A program made the translations under genes and the position numbers. This document shows positions 59,160 to 64,000 of a stretch of DNA of 64,000 nt, piece by piece; within the stretch, counting starts at the first letter, position 1; each line of letters opens with the position of its first letter. This DNA comes from an uncultured delta proteobacterium. GTDB taxonomy: Bacteria > Desulfobacterota > Desulfobacteria > Desulfobacterales > B30-G6. The notes below the pieces were generated by a model that did not search any database, was not told the DNA's origin, and was given only the letters and a program-made list of their open reading frames with translations. The stretch is from the NCBI GenBank assembly GCA_963823335.1, contig CAWGLD010000001.1, forward strand, positions 1,536,001-1,600,000, in the 5' to 3' direction.

Positions 59160-59362
59160 CCCTATTCGACTGAGATCGCCGAAGTCCTGATGCTAAGTTC
59201 TTGAACTATAATCTTTATTGATGTTGAATGTTTGTGTCAATACTAAATCACAATTCAGTTGCGAAGTCCACAGCTCTTCTGCAGGCTGTCCTTGTAAGCT
59301 GCCTTGATGTGCTCGGCATTTACATTCACAGGACAACTTGACAATCGTGCCGGAACCGGTAT

Positions 59363-59716
59363 ACCGATGCCATGATGAAACAGATGGGTAAGGACGTTAC
59401 CCTGGAAGACATGATTCAGGCCTCCAAGGTTTGCCACAGTTCAGGGCTGTCCTTCTGCCATTCCCTTCTGATCGGCGGGCCTGGTGAAACCATGCAGACG
59501 GTCCAGCGCACCTTTGATGCCATTCTGGACATGTCGCCCACGGCCGTTGTCTGTATGGTGGGGATTCGTATTTTTCCGGGAACACGGTTGTATGAGATTG
59601 CCAGAAAAGAAGGCAGCATCCAGGCGGGTCAGAATCTTCTGGAACCCTGTTTTTATCTGTCGCCTGGGAGCCAGGGGACCCTTGTGGGAATATATGAGAA
59701 TGGGGCAGCGCTTTAA
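59363..59716 (+). pseudogene. C-terminal fragment of a radical SAM protein (B12-binding class-like)
   Basis: TDAMMKQMGK...I..A...C...G..FCHSLLIGGPGET..TV..T...GIRIFPGT.L...A...G; no CxxxCxxC and no 5' part. Confidence 0.7.
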
Positions 59717-59720
59717 ACGA

Positions 59721-59830
59721 TAGACTGTTAGCATGATAGGCTGTAGGCTATTAGGTTGCTCACAGTTAACAACCTACAGCCTAACAGTCTAACAGTCTAA
59801 TAGCCTAATAGTCTACAGCCTAAACAACCT
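59721..59830. repeat. Inverted array of 7-8-mer repeats (TAGGCTG / CAGCCTA, AACAGTCT)
   Basis: tagactgttag..taggctgtaggctattagg ... cctacagcctaacagtctaacagtctaatagcctaatagtctacagcc. Confidence 0.7.
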
Positions 59831-59849
59831 AATATTAAGGAGTACATTC

Positions 59850-61463
59850 ATGAGTACGTTCAAATTTCAGGAAATGTTTCCGCTGAAGGAAGATACCACC
59901 GAATACCGTCTTCTGAGCACTGATCATGTATCGGTTAGCCGCAATGCGGATGGGGAATTTGTCAACATAGCACCGCAGGCCTTGTCCCTGCTAGCAGCGG
60001 AGGCCTTCAGAGACGTGTCCCATCTGTTGAGAACCTCGCACCTGACAAAGGTCTCGGCCATCCTGGACGATCCCCAGGCGTCTCAGAACGACAGGTTTGT
60101 AGCGCTGGAAATGCTGCGCAATGCCGTGATTGCATCTGACGGTGAATTTCCCATGTGCCAGGATACCGGCACCGCCATCGTCATCGGTAAAAAGGGTCAT
60201 CGTGTGCTGACCGACGGTTCGGATGAGGAAGCATTGTCGTACGGTGTGTTCAACGCCTACCAGAAGAACAATTTGCGTTACTCCCAGAATGCACCCCTTA
60301 CCATGTATGAAGAGAAAAACACGCTATGCAATCTCCCCGCCCAGATCGAGTTGTACGCCACCAAAGGTGATTCATACGGGTTCCTGTTCGTGGCCAAGGG
60401 GGGCGGGTCTGCCAACAAAACCTATTTGTTCCAGGAGACCAAGGCACTCCTGAACCCGGAATCTTTGGTGGCCTTTATGAAAGCAAAAATGAAGATGCTT
60501 GGTACGGCGGCCTGTCCACCTTATCATCTGGCATTTGTCGTGGGGGGTACATCTGCCGAATTCACTCTTAAGACCGTAAAACTGGCGAGTGCCGGATATC
60601 TGGACGGACTCCCGACCAAGGGGAGTGCTTCCGGGCATGCGTTCAGGGATAGGGAACTCGAGGATGTGATCCAGGTCTTGTCCCAGGAGTTGGGTATAGG
60701 CGCACAATTCGGCGGTAAATATTTCTGTCTGGATACCCGGGTAATCAGGCTGCCACGGCACGGGGCCTCCTGCCCGGTGGGAATAGGTGTCAGCTGCAGC
60801 GCTGATCGCAATATCAAGGCCAGGATATCGCGTGAGGGTATATTTCTCGAAAAACTGGAAACAAATCCCGCAAGATTTCTTCCCCAAGTGATTTCCACGG
60901 GAGAGACAGCCGTACCCATCGATCTTGACCAGCCCATGAAGAACATTAGGGCTGAGTTGCGTCGCTATCCGGTCAGGACACCCCTGCTTCTCTCCGGTAA
61001 GATTATCGTCGCCAGAGACATTGCCCACGCAAAGCTCAAAGAACACATAGACCAAGGCGGTGCATTGCCACAGTATTTCAAAGATCATATTGTTTATTAC
61101 GCCGGACCTGCCAAGACCCCTGCAGGATATGCTTCCGGCTCCTTTGGCCCGACCACGGCGGCCAGAATGGATCCCTATGTGCCCCTTTTTCAGAAACTGG
61201 GTGGCTCTCTGGTGATGCTGGCAAAAGGAAACCGTTCCAGAGTCGTCACCGACGCATGCAGGGAAAATGGCGGTTTTTATCTCGGTTCCATCGGTGGGCC
61301 GGCTGCCAGACTTGGCCGGGACTGTATCACCGCCATGAAGGTACTCGCCTACGAGGAACTCGGTATGGAGGCGATCTTTGAAATTACGGTAAAAGACTTT
61401 CCGGCATTTATCCTGATCGACGATAAGGGCAATGATTTTTTTGAGGCACTGCTGGGTGATTAA
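59850..61463 (+). CDS. Class I (Fe-S) fumarate hydratase
   Basis: [65 protein letters not shown]. Confidence 0.96.
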   Translation: MSTFKFQEMFPLKEDTTEYRLLSTDHVSVSRNADGEFVNIAPQALSLLAAEAFRDVSHLLRTSHLTKVSAILDDPQASQNDRFVALEMLRNAVIASDGEFPMCQDTGTAIVIGKKGHRVLTDGSDEEALSYGVFNAYQKNNLRYSQNAPLTMYEEKNTLCNLPAQIELYATKGDSYGFLFVAKGGGSANKTYLFQETKALLNPESLVAFMKAKMKMLGTAACPPYHLAFVVGGTSAEFTLKTVKLASAGYLDGLPTKGSASGHAFRDRELEDVIQVLSQELGIGAQFGGKYFCLDTRVIRLPRHGASCPVGIGVSCSADRNIKARISREGIFLEKLETNPARFLPQVISTGETAVPIDLDQPMKNIRAELRRYPVRTPLLLSGKIIVARDIAHAKLKEHIDQGGALPQYFKDHIVYYAGPAKTPAGYASGSFGPTTAARMDPYVPLFQKLGGSLVMLAKGNRSRVVTDACRENGGFYLGSIGGPAARLGRDCITAMKVLAYEELGMEAIFEITVKDFPAFILIDDKGNDFFEALLGD

Positions 61464-61481
61464 TTTGGACTATCAATAAAT

Positions 61482-61522
61482 GCGACAACGTCGCGTCAAA
61501 TAAAATCGCGAAGCGATTTCAT
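61482..61522. repeat. 41-bp double-hairpin repeat (copy 2)
   Basis: GCGAC-aac-GTCGC plus ATAAAATCG-cgaag-CGATTTCAT; compare 9450-9490. Confidence 0.6.
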
Positions 61523-61528
61523 TGGGTA

Positions 61529-61556
61529 TTTACAAACCCTTCTAAATTGGTATAAT
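61529..61556 (+). promoter_or_regulatory. Putative sigma70 promoter of the PFOR gene
   Basis: TTTACA, 16-bp spacer, extended -10 TGgTATAAT. Confidence 0.55.
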
Positions 61557-61579
61557 CTGAAAAATTCTTTTGGCATAGC

Positions 61580-61682
61580 TATAGGGGTTGTCAGAAAAAC
61601 GTTCCGATTGAGGACCTTTTTTCTGCTACAATCCCTTATGCTGCCATCCTATTTTCGGAACATTATTATGACAAGCGGTATA
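61580..61682. mobile_element. 103-bp MITE-like element (copy 2)
   Basis: 100 of 103 positions identical to 17580-17682, with unrelated flanks. Confidence 0.8.
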
Positions 61683-61734
61683 AAATATAAAATTACAAAG
61701 ACGATGGATACCAAGCGGTTCCAATACAATCTAA

Positions 61735-64000
<2,266 letters not shown>

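Noticed and set aside
59721-59830. CRISPR array
   Set aside because: Units are 7-8 nt with no unique spacers, and there are no cas genes in the window.
61570-61590. Sigma54 promoter before PFOR (TTGGCATAGC...)
   Set aside because: No TTGC at -12 with or without the MITE; a sigma70-type promoter lies just upstream.
17580-61682. The two MITE copies as ends of a 44-kb composite mobile element
   Set aside because: The enclosed DNA includes ordinary metabolic genes and no transposase or integrase; independent insertions are simpler.

Overview
Chromosomal window from a sulfate-reducing deltaproteobacterium (probably Desulfobacterales, inferred from the qrcABCD operon and gene content). It holds about 50 genes: partial UvrD/PcrA helicase, M16 peptidase, qrcABCD plus a small downstream membrane ORF, murA, comEC, a putative catabolic cluster (ADP-forming acyl-CoA ligase alpha, class III aminotransferase, kinase-like DUF6206-type protein, C69 Ntn-hydrolase, Na+ symporter, S1P-lyase-like enzyme), a Liv-type ABC/CoA-ligase operon, a two-component system with msrAB, a PAS kinase/sigma54 activator with gdhA, a hipBA-type TA pair, an AmmeMemoRadiSam operon, a decayed MMPL/ketosynthase locus, an Opp/Dpp ABC operon, class I fumarase and partial PFOR. 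I saw no rRNA, tRNA, CRISPR array or transposase. The strongest leads are (1) an AmmeMemoRadiSam operon whose radical SAM enzyme has a Tat-like signal and whose MEMO-AMMECR1 fusion has a Sec-like signal, flanking a membrane SAM-fold protein, (2) a candidate anaerobic sphingoid/amino-lipid degradation pathway, and (3) a candidate fifth Qrc subunit. Several MITE/REP families and three back-to-back deletion scars are also visible. All calls come from reading motifs by eye; no database searches were run.
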